A stretch of 60,317 nt of DNA from a virus. Taxonomy: Duplodnaviria > Caudoviricetes. Positions 47,511-55,970 of the stretch are shown here, piece by piece. A model generated the notes under the pieces. That model was not told the origin of the DNA. It saw only the letters and a program-made list of their open reading frames with translations, and searched no databases. The DNA lies in the IMG/VR virus record IMGVR_UViG_3300044841_000118, positions 1-60,317 of that record; one strand, written 5' to 3'. How positions within the stretch are numbered: the stretch's first letter is position 1; every line of letters begins with the position of its first letter. Position numbers and translations under genes: made by a program.

Positions 47511-49366
47511 TAGGATCCTGTCTGCTGGTATGCCTCTGGGGGAGGCGTGGGCGCACGCGGCGTCGTGACAATCCCGGCGCTGGTGTCGGAGGGGGCCGTC
47601 GGCTGAACCGTGCTCTGCGGCAGCTTGTCCAGGTCTTCGAGGTATGGCTTGTACGCGGCATCCATGTCGGAAGCTGCCTGGCCGGTGACGTGCGGCCGCT
47701 GTGAAACGTAGTACTGAATGGCTGCGGCCTGTTTCTCCCAGGGGAGAGACAGGATGGTTCCGCCCTTCTTGCGCAGGTCGATCAACCCTTGGGCGCCGCC
47801 GTAGTTGTACGGGTCCTTCTCGTCGTCGGCCGGAATTTTCGCGGCGATCTCCGGCGGAAGGTTGTGCTGGATGATGTGCATACCCTCATGCGCGACCAGC
47901 TGCTGGACGGTGTAATCGTCGAGTGGCGTGTTGTGGTCAAACAGGATGGTGTGCGGCTCGCCCTTCACCACACCGGCGTAGTCAGGGCGGCCAGTGATGA
48001 AGGAGTCTTCGAGCGCGCCGTGCCCGAACTGCACCTTGTCGCTGCTCAGGTGACGCTGCAACTGCGGCGGCATGGCCGTCACCGCGCGCGCCGTGACCTC
48101 CTGAAGACGATCGTGCGCGCTGCTACCGTCGGTAGGAGCCTTTGTGTCTGCCACCTTTTTTCCTTTGGGCGGGGTCATCCCGTGCGCCTTGTAGTCGTTC
48201 TCGTCCCAATCCGACTCAGGAGTAACGGTCTGCTTGCCCTTCGGCGCGGACTGTCCAGAAGGGCCTGCGGGCGTTCCGCTTTGGTCTACCTTCCTGTTGT
48301 GCAGCACCTGCGAATAAGCGTCGGCATTGTCCGGATTGTCGAACTTGCCAAGGTGCTCACCCGTCTTGAGGTAGTGTTGCCATGCTGCTTGGAACATGGC
48401 CTTCTCGGCAGGACTTCCTTCCGGCGGCTTCTTACCGTTTGGAGTAAGGAACTTACCTCCCACAACAGTGGGGACAAGTACTTCGTGACCGTCGTCGTCT
48501 CCGAAAGATGTGGAGTATTCAGAACTGATAGTCCCGTCCGCGTTGTGGACAATCGGGCGGTGCCAGATCGGAAGGTTGCCCTTCTCGACAAGACCCTTAG
48601 GATTGGCCGCAGCCATGAAGGGGTCTTGAGCACCCTGCATAGCATTCGGTTTCGTCTTGGATTTATTAGGATTCAACGGGACAGGGTCTCCACCCAACAG
48701 CGGGTCCGGCTTCAGCATTCCCAAGCCCGGGGTATCGGCGGGAGGCAGTCCGGGAGCTTCCGGATGGGTATTGATTTCGTCGCCCTCGGGCTGGGGCGCA
48801 AGCTGCTTGATGAAGGGGTGGTAGGCGTTCTGCAGGTCCGCGTAGTCCGCCAGGTCGTACTTGTTGACCTTCCCTTCCTTGGCGTATTGTTCGATTTGGC
48901 GAGATGCCTGGATGTAGTCCTTCACCATCTGGGCTTGCTGCTCTACGTTGAAGTTCGCCATGGTCTTGCCTTCGGCGCGCGCCTTTAGTAGGCCGGGGAC
49001 ACCGCCGTAGTCGTACATAGCCGTTGCGTTCGGATCGTGAGGCTCCGGCAAATCCTGACCGGGCTCAACGCCGTCGGTTCTTGCGAACTGCGAGACGTGC
49101 GTGGACTCGTGACCGCGAATGGGTGGTGTAAAGCCCTTACGGTTTCGTACCTTGATCGTTGTGGGGTCATCACCATCTACCTCGCCTGCCACCCACTTCA
49201 GTTTTCCGGGCAGACGTCCTGCCATGACTTCTTTGACCTTCGACCAGTCAACCGTTTGGCGAGCAAAGGCAGGGACGCCGTTGAGCGCACCGACTCCAGC
49301 GGCTGTGCCGGAGGTATCAAAATTGGGCTTCTTGGTTGCCACTAATTCCTTGAGGGGTTTGCCCAC
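47510..49366 (-). CDS. multidomain protein with two HExxH zincin-like domains
   Basis: HESTHVSQ...YDYGG...EQQA and HEGMHIIQ...YNYGG...EKQA flanking a TGEHLGKF domain. Confidence 0.7.
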   Translation of the reverse strand: MGKPLKELVATKKPNFDTSGTAAGVGALNGVPAFARQTVDWSKVKEVMAGRLPGKLKWVAGEVDGDDPTTIKVRNRKGFTPPIRGHESTHVSQFARTDGVEPGQDLPEPHDPNATAMYDYGGVPGLLKARAEGKTMANFNVEQQAQMVKDYIQASRQIEQYAKEGKVNKYDLADYADLQNAYHPFIKQLAPQPEGDEINTHPEAPGLPPADTPGLGMLKPDPLLGGDPVPLNPNKSKTKPNAMQGAQDPFMAAANPKGLVEKGNLPIWHRPIVHNADGTISSEYSTSFGDDDGHEVLVPTVVGGKFLTPNGKKPPEGSPAEKAMFQAAWQHYLKTGEHLGKFDNPDNADAYSQVLHNRKVDQSGTPAGPSGQSAPKGKQTVTPESDWDENDYKAHGMTPPKGKKVADTKAPTDGSSAHDRLQEVTARAVTAMPPQLQRHLSSDKVQFGHGALEDSFITGRPDYAGVVKGEPHTILFDHNTPLDDYTVQQLVAHEGMHIIQHNLPPEIAAKIPADDEKDPYNYGGAQGLIDLRKKGGTILSLPWEKQAAAIQYYVSQRPHVTGQAASDMDAAYKPYLEDLDKLPQSTVQPTAPSDTSAGIVTTPRAPTPPPEAYQQTGS

Positions 49367-49507
49367 CGGCTGTCACGGGGCTTGCAAGGATTTGCACCTG
49401 TCGGCGCGGGGTGCGCCTATTCGAGCGCCAGGGAGGCGCATCTCGAGACCAGCTTCGCCTCAGAAGAGACGGAGCCTAAAGCTCAAACCACGCATGGTGG
49501 GTGAGAC

Positions 49508-49635
49508 ATTCTGCGGGCAGGGCTTGATACCTGCTCAGGCTTGACCCGATATGGAAGTAGCCACCCTTGCGGGACGTCGGGCTCGTCTCATTCCTGCCTA
49601 GAGCGCAGGCGTGTCCATCCACGCCGCCGCAGAAT
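49508..49635 (-). ncRNA. tRNA-like RNA with non-canonical middle arm
   Basis: 9-bp stem ATTCTGCGG/CCGCAGAAT; D-like GCGT-GGATGGAC-ACGC; T-like GCAGG-TATCAAGC-CCTGC. Confidence 0.55.
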
Positions 49636-49640
49636 CTTTG

Positions 49641-49955
49641 TTACCGCATCACGTTGTAGGTGTCGCGGTATGGCGCGAGGTCCATCCAGACCTCCAGCGC
49701 ATCGTTCTCGACCCGTTCGCGTGTGATCGCGGGGTCGCCGTTCTGGAACTCTTCGAGATCCGCGAGAGCGTTGTGGTAGGCAACCTCGGCCTCGGTGAAC
49801 GACACATCGCCTTCGTGGTCGACGCGGATCTTGTGGATCAGCACGCGGTCGATGCGTAGGTCATCCGCGATGTGGCGGGCGAACACGACGTCGGACTTCG
49901 AGGAGGCGAGAGCCGGAAGAGCCGAGAGGAGCAGGACCGCGAGCAGCTTCTTCAT
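49641..49955 (-). CDS. small secreted protein
   Basis: GGAGG RBS; MKKLLAVLLLSALPALA|S. Confidence 0.7.
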   Translation of the reverse strand: MKKLLAVLLLSALPALASSKSDVVFARHIADDLRIDRVLIHKIRVDHEGDVSFTEAEVAYHNALADLEEFQNGDPAITRERVENDALEVWMDLAPYRDTYNVMR

Positions 49956-50124
49956 ACGGCCTCCGTGAACTATGGAGCAATCAGGCGGGGGAGCATCCCG
50001 CATCTAGTGGCCGCCGACATGTCGAGTGCCGCTCATCTTGCATTAAACGACCGATCGCATGTTGCGGTGTGTGCAGCCCTCCCACCGCGAGAGGCTCGTA
50101 ACGTGAGGTCTCCGCTGCTGCCTT

Positions 50125-50283
50125 TTAGAACCAATCCCACGTACCCCAGTGCCGGTGGCTCCTGGGTATCTGGGGCTCTTCCTTCTTGGTCTCGCGCTTT
50201 GCCCGGCGCCGATCGATGCGGTTCCAGATGCGCTTCAGTACCGATGGCGGTCCGCAGCCCTTCGATTTCCGAGTACGCGACAT
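50125..50283 (-). CDS. small basic protein (52 aa)
   Basis: MSRTRKSKG...RIWNRIDRRRAK...WDWF. Confidence 0.55.
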   Translation of the reverse strand: MSRTRKSKGCGPPSVLKRIWNRIDRRRAKRETKKEEPQIPRSHRHWGTWDWF

Positions 50284-50287
50284 CGGG

Positions 50288-50437
50288 CTACTTGCCCTTG
50301 ACCTTCTTGAGCGCCGGGTTCTTGCGCTTCGCGGCGGGGCTAGCGTTGCGGGAAGACGAGGCGAGGATCGCGCCAGCGGCCTTCTTGCTCACGCCTTCCT
50401 TCTTGGAAATCTTGTTCTCGACACTCTTGAACGACAT
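50288..50437 (-). CDS. small basic protein (49 aa)
   Basis: MSFKSVENKISKKEGVSKKAAGAILASSSRNASPAAKRKNPALKKVKGK; GGAGG RBS. Confidence 0.7.
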   Translation of the reverse strand: MSFKSVENKISKKEGVSKKAAGAILASSSRNASPAAKRKNPALKKVKGK

Positions 50438-50593
50438 TTACCGACCTCCGACCTTCATGGCGATGTCAACCAGAGCACGGACGTTCACCCGCTTGCCCTG
50501 CTCTGCCAGTTGCTTATGGAACTCGGGGGAGTCCAGGCAGTCGGCTAGGGTCGGGAGGGCACTGCGGAGCAGCTGCTTGGTCTCCATATCCAT
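50438..50593 (-). CDS. hypothetical protein (51 aa)
   Basis: AAGGA RBS; abuts neighbours. Confidence 0.55.
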   Translation of the reverse strand: MDMETKQLLRSALPTLADCLDSPEFHKQLAEQGKRVNVRALVDIAMKVGGR

Positions 50594-50750
50594 CTAGTCC
50601 TTCTCCTTGTCGAACTCGTGGCCGTCGGCGTCTATGGTGCTGGGGTCGTTGACGCGCGCAACAGAACTGGATCCACCACCGCTGGTCTTGATTCGCATAC
50701 TTACTTAGATGCGTAATCCCTATGGTATTTACGCGCGGCATTTGGAGATT

Positions 50751-51167
50751 TTACAAACCGTAGAGGCTGCGCGGCTCGACTCCCCGGTCGGCGGCCACCA
50801 GCGCCATGGCGGTCATCTCCGTGGCAATCTCGTTCGCGTAGTGCGCCTTCCCCTTCAGCACCAGCAGGACCTCCCCGAACCGGAGATGCAGCAGTTCATG
50901 AACAACCGTCACCTCCAAATCGTGGCAGGCGTGTGGTCCGTCGTCCTCCGGTATCTGCGCCGGGTCCTTGATGATCACATGCGCACGTAGGTGTGTCACG
51001 TTCCCACGCGCCTCTGCAATGCTGTCGAAGTCATCCGGTGCAGGCTTCACCTCGATGAGGTAGTCCTCCAGCCTGAGCCGGGGTACCCACTTGGCGACGT
51101 AGAATTCGGCATCACGCAGGAACGCCGGTTTTGCTGCTTTCCGTTTTCCCATTTTGGGTTTCCTCAC
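50751..51167 (-). CDS. HExxH zinc-metallopeptidase-like protein
   Basis: W...LRLEDY...TVVHELLH...E. Confidence 0.75.
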   Translation of the reverse strand: MRKPKMGKRKAAKPAFLRDAEFYVAKWVPRLRLEDYLIEVKPAPDDFDSIAEARGNVTHLRAHVIIKDPAQIPEDDGPHACHDLEVTVVHELLHLRFGEVLLVLKGKAHYANEIATEMTAMALVAADRGVEPRSLYGL

Positions 51168-51535
51168 CAGACTCCGTTGAGCGCGCCGATAGCCGCGAGG
51201 CGCTTCATTTCACGTTGGAAAGCATGACCGTGGACGTTCTTGCAGTCGAACCCGTTGGTAGGGTTGTTCCGCAGCTTCCAGTGCACCATCTCGTGCAGCA
51301 GCAGAAGGTTCCAGATCCAGCGGTAGGGCTTGAACTTGCGCCACAACCGGATGACTCCTTCGGTGACCGGGCCGTCGTCAATCCGGTACCCTGTGCAGCA
51401 ACCAGCGCAGTCGAACGGTATCCCCGGAATCTTGGGGCTGGACATCCACTGGACCTTGCACGGCGGCAGGTGCCCGCGGAAGTAGCGGCGGTTGAAGATG
51501 TCGAACATTTCCTGCGGTGTCTTCTTGGCCGACAT
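51164..51535 (-). CDS. SprT-like zinc metalloprotease
   Basis: FNRRYF.G.LP...LLHEMVH...HGHAF. Confidence 0.85.
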   Translation of the reverse strand: MSAKKTPQEMFDIFNRRYFRGHLPPCKVQWMSSPKIPGIPFDCAGCCTGYRIDDGPVTEGVIRLWRKFKPYRWIWNLLLLHEMVHWKLRNNPTNGFDCKNVHGHAFQREMKRLAAIGALNGVW

Positions 51536-51538
51536 ACC

Positions 51539-51793
51539 CTATTTGTTCTTCTCCACGAACACATGGATCATCTGGTCGACTTCGAACTCCGCCATGCCCC
51601 ATGGTTTGTCTAGGGTCTGCAGCGTCAGGGTCCCGGCGGCCGCGTCGAACTCGTAGGAGACCTTTGAGTCGAGGGCTTCGGCTACACCCTTGTCGTCGTT
51701 GATATCCAGGCCGGTCTTGGCGAGGAGGGCGGCCTTGAGGCGCTGCCACCGGTCATGGGTGAACGGGGCGAAGGACTGGATCTCGTGCATCAT
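51539..51793 (-). CDS. hypothetical protein
   Basis: coupled to def. Confidence 0.65.
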   Translation of the reverse strand: MMHEIQSFAPFTHDRWQRLKAALLAKTGLDINDDKGVAEALDSKVSYEFDAAAGTLTLQTLDKPWGMAEFEVDQMIHVFVEKNK

Positions 51794-52335
51794 CGCCCAG
51801 CCACCTTGCGGGTGCGTTCTTCCCGCTTGTGGATCTTCCGGTACCGGGTGAGCAGCAGGTCGCGCTTCACCGGCCCGAGGTGGTCCCAGAACATTCGGCC
51901 ATGGAGATGGTCCAGTTCATGCTGAACAATGCAGGACACCACACCGTCCACCGTCTTCTCGAACCACTCGCCTTTTTCGTTCTGCGCGCGGACCGTGACT
52001 TCCCTGCGTCTCTCGACGATGCCTGCAATCCCGGGCGCGCTGAGGCAACCCTCCTGGCTCAGGACCGTATCGTCGGACCAGTCCATGATTAGGGGGTTGA
52101 CCAGAACCAGCGTCTCGGGGAACTCAACCTTCTCTTTACCCTCGTACCCTTTTTCAGGGATTCGCACGATGGCAACCCGGAGGGAGGCGCCGATCTGAGG
52201 CGCAGCAAGTCCGGCGCCGCGGGCCATCTCGAGGATGCGGATCATGCCAGCGACCAGCGTCTCGAGGACGGGGCCGAAGGCGGTGACCTCCGCGGCGGGG
52301 TGGGTGAGGATCGGGTCGGGGTAGCGGACGATCAT
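51790..52335 (-). CDS. def: peptide deformylase
   Basis: GAGLAAPQIG, EGCLS, QHELDH. Confidence 0.95.
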   Translation of the reverse strand: MIVRYPDPILTHPAAEVTAFGPVLETLVAGMIRILEMARGAGLAAPQIGASLRVAIVRIPEKGYEGKEKVEFPETLVLVNPLIMDWSDDTVLSQEGCLSAPGIAGIVERRREVTVRAQNEKGEWFEKTVDGVVSCIVQHELDHLHGRMFWDHLGPVKRDLLLTRYRKIHKREERTRKVAGR

Positions 52336-52505
52336 ACGGGCTCCTTCTTGAGTTCGGCGCGCACCATGCGGCGTCGCCGTCGGTTGTACTGGGCCTTGAT
52401 CTGCCGGACCACCCCAGCGGTGTGCCCGTACCACTTACGCATACGGGTCAGGGCGTCGTACTCGTCTCCGCCTTTGAGAGGTATTCGGTCGTTGCGTTCT
52501 GTCAT
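52332..52505 (-). CDS. small basic phage protein (57 aa)
   Basis: KGGDEYDALT..R.W...IKAQYNRRRR; ATGA overlap with def. Confidence 0.65.
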   Translation of the reverse strand: MTERNDRIPLKGGDEYDALTRMRKWYGHTAGVVRQIKAQYNRRRRRMVRAELKKEPV

Positions 52506-52811
52506 CACCGCTTCTCCGTGTGAAAGAATTTGCGCGCGCGTTGCCAGGCGTTGACGTCTCTTACAGAAGCGTCGAGGGGCTTCCCCACCCGGGGGTCCGA
52601 TCCAAATTAAGGTTCCCCCACACCCACCCGCCGGCCAGAGCAGCGGACGACATCACCACCCGGCGCCGGCAGACGCATCGATCCACATAAGCGCTGGCAG
52701 CTGAGGGAGTATTTCTGGAGCATCCAGGGGTCGATCAGAGTTATTTCTGGGGCGCGTTTGCGCAAACCCTTTGTAATCAGCGAAGCATACTTGGTAGAGT
52801 CATGCACTCTA

Positions 52812-53111
52812 CTAAGTTCTGAGACTTGCGGAGCTCTCCAGCCTTTGGATCCTGCGCTCGAGAGTGTGCAGTCGAGTGTGATCCGGCCCAAAGATCAACA
52901 GCAGGTTGTCTGGCGCGTTGTTCTGGCGGTCGCCGTCGACGTGGTGAAGGACAAAGCCCTCTCGCATCTTCTCGTCGAGCCAGGTGGCACTTACGTACGG
53001 ATGCGCATCGAGCCAAACCGCGCGGTATTGCCGCGGTGTGAGGGGCATTCGGTCTGGATTCATATTGATTTTGAGCATAAGGATGTATGTTTCGGCGTTG
53101 ATCCGTAGCAC
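52812..53111 (-). CDS. HNH endonuclease
   Basis: VLHHVDGDRQNNAPDNL...HTRLH. Confidence 0.8.
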   Translation of the reverse strand: MLRINAETYILMLKINMNPDRMPLTPRQYRAVWLDAHPYVSATWLDEKMREGFVLHHVDGDRQNNAPDNLLLIFGPDHTRLHTLERRIQRLESSASLRT

Positions 53112-53333
53112 TCTGTACGACTTTCGCGCGCTTTCAATACGAATCGCTTACTTTTCGTGAGAATGACGATGTGCCAGGCAAACTGTGTCTGTCCCAAACC
53201 ACGGGCAGGAGATGCTATGTTTACGCGCGCCGCACCCAACCAGCGCACACTGCAGCGCATAGATCCGTGCCTCTTACGCCTGTCATTTCCTCTTCACTTG
53301 TCTCTATGTGTAGAGGTACAGGCAGTTGCGAGT

Positions 53334-53489
53334 TTATGTGTTGAGGAGCGGGCCGGCGCGCGGTTGTGACAGGCACGGGATGGCCAGAACGACGTGCCCG
53401 ACCCTGTAGCCGTCGGCGCCATTGATCGCGAGAATGACGTGACCAACGACGTAGGGCGGTTTGCCTGGCTTTGGGTTGTCTTGGCTCAT
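53334..53489 (-). CDS. 51-aa peptide with internal repeat
   Basis: YVVGHVILAI...YRVGHVVLAI; GCGTCTAA promoter box upstream. Confidence 0.45.
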   Translation of the reverse strand: MSQDNPKPGKPPYVVGHVILAINGADGYRVGHVVLAIPCLSQPRAGPLLNT

Positions 53490-53752
53490 AGGGAAATACC
53501 GGGCCGGCAGTCTCAATCTGGGCGAACCTGCCACTTTCGTCCGCAGATCGCGTGTAAATTCCTCCGCGTTTTCTGCCTCTAAGTGATTAGACGCAAAAAG
53601 CATGGGGCAATTGACAAGTATATTTTCAGGCCGGCCGTGGTCTGCCTGAGATTGGGTGCAGTTCGTGCGGTTCCGGCGTGTCCAGTTTCTGGACACTGGC
53701 TTGTGTGGCGCGCGCGTAGCCAAACTTTCATCACATACACACACTTTACGTG

Positions 53753-53780
53753 TTGACACTAAGTTTGTTTGTGCTACTCT
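53753..53780 (+). promoter_or_regulatory. sigma70 early promoter 1
   Basis: TTGACA-N16-TACTCT with extended TG. Confidence 0.75.
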
Positions 53781-53805
53781 AGACACATCAACAGAGGAGC
53801 CACCC

Positions 53806-54015
53806 ATGCAGACCTTCACCGGACAAAAAGAGACAGCGGCAACGGTAGCAAAAGCACAGCGCGCACTCATCGAGCAGCGTGCATACGTCATCAGCGTGTG
53901 GGGCAATCTCTGGATTGAGCAGTACGACCCAAAGCACTCGGCAGCCGTTGACGAACTGAAGAGACTGCGTCGGATCTTCGCCGTTAAGCAGGAGGCACTC
54001 AAGTGCGGACAGTAA
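53806..54015 (+). CDS. early hypothetical protein
   Basis: GAGGAG RBS. Confidence 0.7.
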   Translation: MQTFTGQKETAATVAKAQRALIEQRAYVISVWGNLWIEQYDPKHSAAVDELKRLRRIFAVKQEALKCGQ

Positions 54016-54422
54016 CGGAAGTGACAGACGTACTCGGCACGTCAAAGCCTGTTGCCCGCTATTACGGGGACGGCAGTTTCGATTGCCCGCACTGCTCCTA
54101 TCCTGTGCGCGCGGATCAAGGCCTGAGTCTCGAAGCACATAACCCGTGGTGCATCGCAAACCCTGCTTACCCTGTGGATTCGGCGCTCCAGTTTGTCGCG
54201 GATCGTGAGCGTAAGGAGCAGGAAGAAGCAGAGCGCCGGCGCAGTCGCGATGCGTCTATCGCGCGCGCCGAGGAATACCGGCAGTCCCAGGAACGCACCA
54301 GAACTGCCAAGCTGTTGGACGCGAAAGCGCGCGGACTCTGCGTTACCTGCTTAGTCCGCAGTGATTTTCGCAAGGAAGTGAAGCATCGGAAGGCTTGCCC
54401 CCTGACTGAGGCAACAGCATGA
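54003..54422 (+). CDS. early Zn-finger/coiled-coil protein
   Basis: GGAGG RBS; CPHC...HNPWC; CVTC...H..AC. Confidence 0.7.
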   Translation: MRTVTEVTDVLGTSKPVARYYGDGSFDCPHCSYPVRADQGLSLEAHNPWCIANPAYPVDSALQFVADRERKEQEEAERRRSRDASIARAEEYRQSQERTRTAKLLDAKARGLCVTCLVRSDFRKEVKHRKACPLTEATA

Positions 54423-54556
54423 CCCCTCACATCCCCTTGCCTGCTACCCCAAAGAAGGAGTGGAAGCGGCCGGCGATCGAAATCTTGGCGGTATCGCGCG
54501 CCGAGCATGGACACGGGCATGGCTCCGACAGTGTCTGGCGTCACAAGAGCGGGTGA
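54419..54556 (+). CDS. lasso-peptide-precursor-like peptide (45 aa), copy 2
   Basis: MTPHIPLPATPKKEWKRPAIEILAVSRAEHGHGHGSDSVWRHKSG; GAGG RBS; ATGA overlap. Confidence 0.75.
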   Translation: MTPHIPLPATPKKEWKRPAIEILAVSRAEHGHGHGSDSVWRHKSG

Positions 54557-54602
54557 TGTCCGGAAAATGGACAACTCACCCAAAGTATGTAGCAATATTG
54601 TA

Positions 54603-54630
54603 TTGACACGTTGTTAGATTGTGCTATTCT
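54603..54630 (+). promoter_or_regulatory. sigma70 early promoter 2
   Basis: TTGACA-N16-TATTCT with extended TG. Confidence 0.75.
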
Positions 54631-54655
54631 CAGTTCATCGCAGGAGGAAACGACA

Positions 54656-55060
54656 ATGCAGGCTGAATCGCTCATCGGAAAGACTCTGGTATGCGCTGAG
54701 ACGGGCAAGACGTTCGTAGGCGCGGCCGACGGAATCACCACCAACTACGCGCACAGCAGCGAAGGCGAGATCCTCTCGGATGAGGGCGTCAACATTCGCG
54801 AGCAGCGCGGGTTACTTGATCGCTCAAAACCTTTCTATGCCTATGTCTCGAGCGATGGGAAGCACATCACGGGTTGGAAGGGCAATGTGCTCGGCACCAT
54901 CATGAGCTCGCACTCCGTCCGCCTGACTCGCCAGTCCTACACCCACGGTTCGACGATTCAATCCTATGTGGTTCGCGACATTCACGGTGGGATGTGGCAT
55001 GGCCGCGGCAATCCCGGAATCTGCATCACCCTGCGCGCCTACAAAACCAAGGCAGCCTAA
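54656..55060 (+). CDS. early hypothetical protein
   Basis: AGGAGG RBS; ITGWKG..LG...G.WHGRG. Confidence 0.75.
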   Translation: MQAESLIGKTLVCAETGKTFVGAADGITTNYAHSSEGEILSDEGVNIREQRGLLDRSKPFYAYVSSDGKHITGWKGNVLGTIMSSHSVRLTRQSYTHGSTIQSYVVRDIHGGMWHGRGNPGICITLRAYKTKAA

Positions 55061-55092
55061 GCCAGTCCAGATTCTGGACAGAGGAGAAGAAC

Positions 55093-55395
55093 ATGACAGC
55101 TTACTGGACATCTAGCAGCGGATTGATCGATCTGGAGATGACACTCGAGCGAGCAGCGAGCGTCTCCCACTCCGGCCGATGTGATGACGACGTCGACGCG
55201 CTATCCCTCGTCCCTGAGATCGCCAAACAACTGGAAGCAATCAAGGCGGATGACCTACGCCGGGAACTGAAAGAGTACGGCGCATGGGATGCCGAAGAGT
55301 TGGTAGACCACCAGCAGAATCTCCAGCGTGTCCTCTGGCTTGCGGGCTGTGACATCAAGGAGCGCGCCGGGGAAGAAGACGAGGATGCGGAATGA
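55093..55395 (+). CDS. early hypothetical acidic protein
   Basis: GAGGAG RBS; SHSG.CDDDV...ELKEYGAWD..EL. Confidence 0.75.
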   Translation: MTAYWTSSSGLIDLEMTLERAASVSHSGRCDDDVDALSLVPEIAKQLEAIKADDLRRELKEYGAWDAEELVDHQQNLQRVLWLAGCDIKERAGEEDEDAE

Positions 55396-55721
55396 GCCCC
55401 CGAGCCGGCGAACGCCCCATCCTCACCCCGATAGTGACCCGCGCGCTGCTGCATACCGTCACCAACATCGGCCAGCTGTCGCGGGATGAGATCAACCAAC
55501 TCGAGCGCGCCATCCGTCACGGCATCCTGGCCAAAGGTAAAGGCGGGCCGTATCCCGCGCTGAAAACCGTCTATGCCCGCTTCGGGTTTGACTTCGAGCA
55601 GGAGCGGCGCGAGTGGGTCGCTTACATGATGCGCCTGCATGAACTGGAAACGTCCGGCCGTCGCATTGAAGCGCTCGAACTGATGAAAGCCGGCCCAGAC
55701 TCAAAGGAGACCAATGCTTAA
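55392..55721 (+). CDS. early hypothetical protein
   Basis: ATGA overlap. Confidence 0.7.
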   Translation: MSPRAGERPILTPIVTRALLHTVTNIGQLSRDEINQLERAIRHGILAKGKGGPYPALKTVYARFGFDFEQERREWVAYMMRLHELETSGRRIEALELMKAGPDSKETNA

Positions 55722-55857
55722 CACCATCGCAAACACCATCAGCCGGTTTATCTGCCTGCACCGTGGCTCGCAGCTGCGGCGCGTTGAAGGTTCCGTGCTC
55801 TACATCGAGTGCATGGAATGTGGCGCCTGCAGCCCTGGAGTTGTGACCGGCGAGTAG
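55714..55857 (+). CDS. small Zn-binding protein (47 aa)
   Basis: AAGGAG RBS; C.H...CMECG. Confidence 0.6.
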   Translation: MLNTIANTISRFICLHRGSQLRRVEGSVLYIECMECGACSPGVVTGE

Positions 55858-55916
55858 TCCAGTAAATGGACGGTTCCCACTTCGGGAATAGCGGTAAACA
55901 TCACACAATTTGTGTA

Positions 55917-55944
55917 GTGACACGAAGTTTGTTTGTGCTATTCT
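55917..55944 (+). promoter_or_regulatory. sigma70 early promoter 3
   Basis: GTGACA-N16-TATTCT; spacer almost identical to promoter 1. Confidence 0.7.
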
Positions 55945-55970
55945 CTGTCTATCCCAAGGAGGACACAACA

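Noticed and set aside
14120-49350. Long plus-strand ORFs (e.g. 24828-26126, 40306-41520, 42152-43399, 47789-48988)
   Set aside because: Antisense shadows of well-supported minus-strand genes in high-GC DNA
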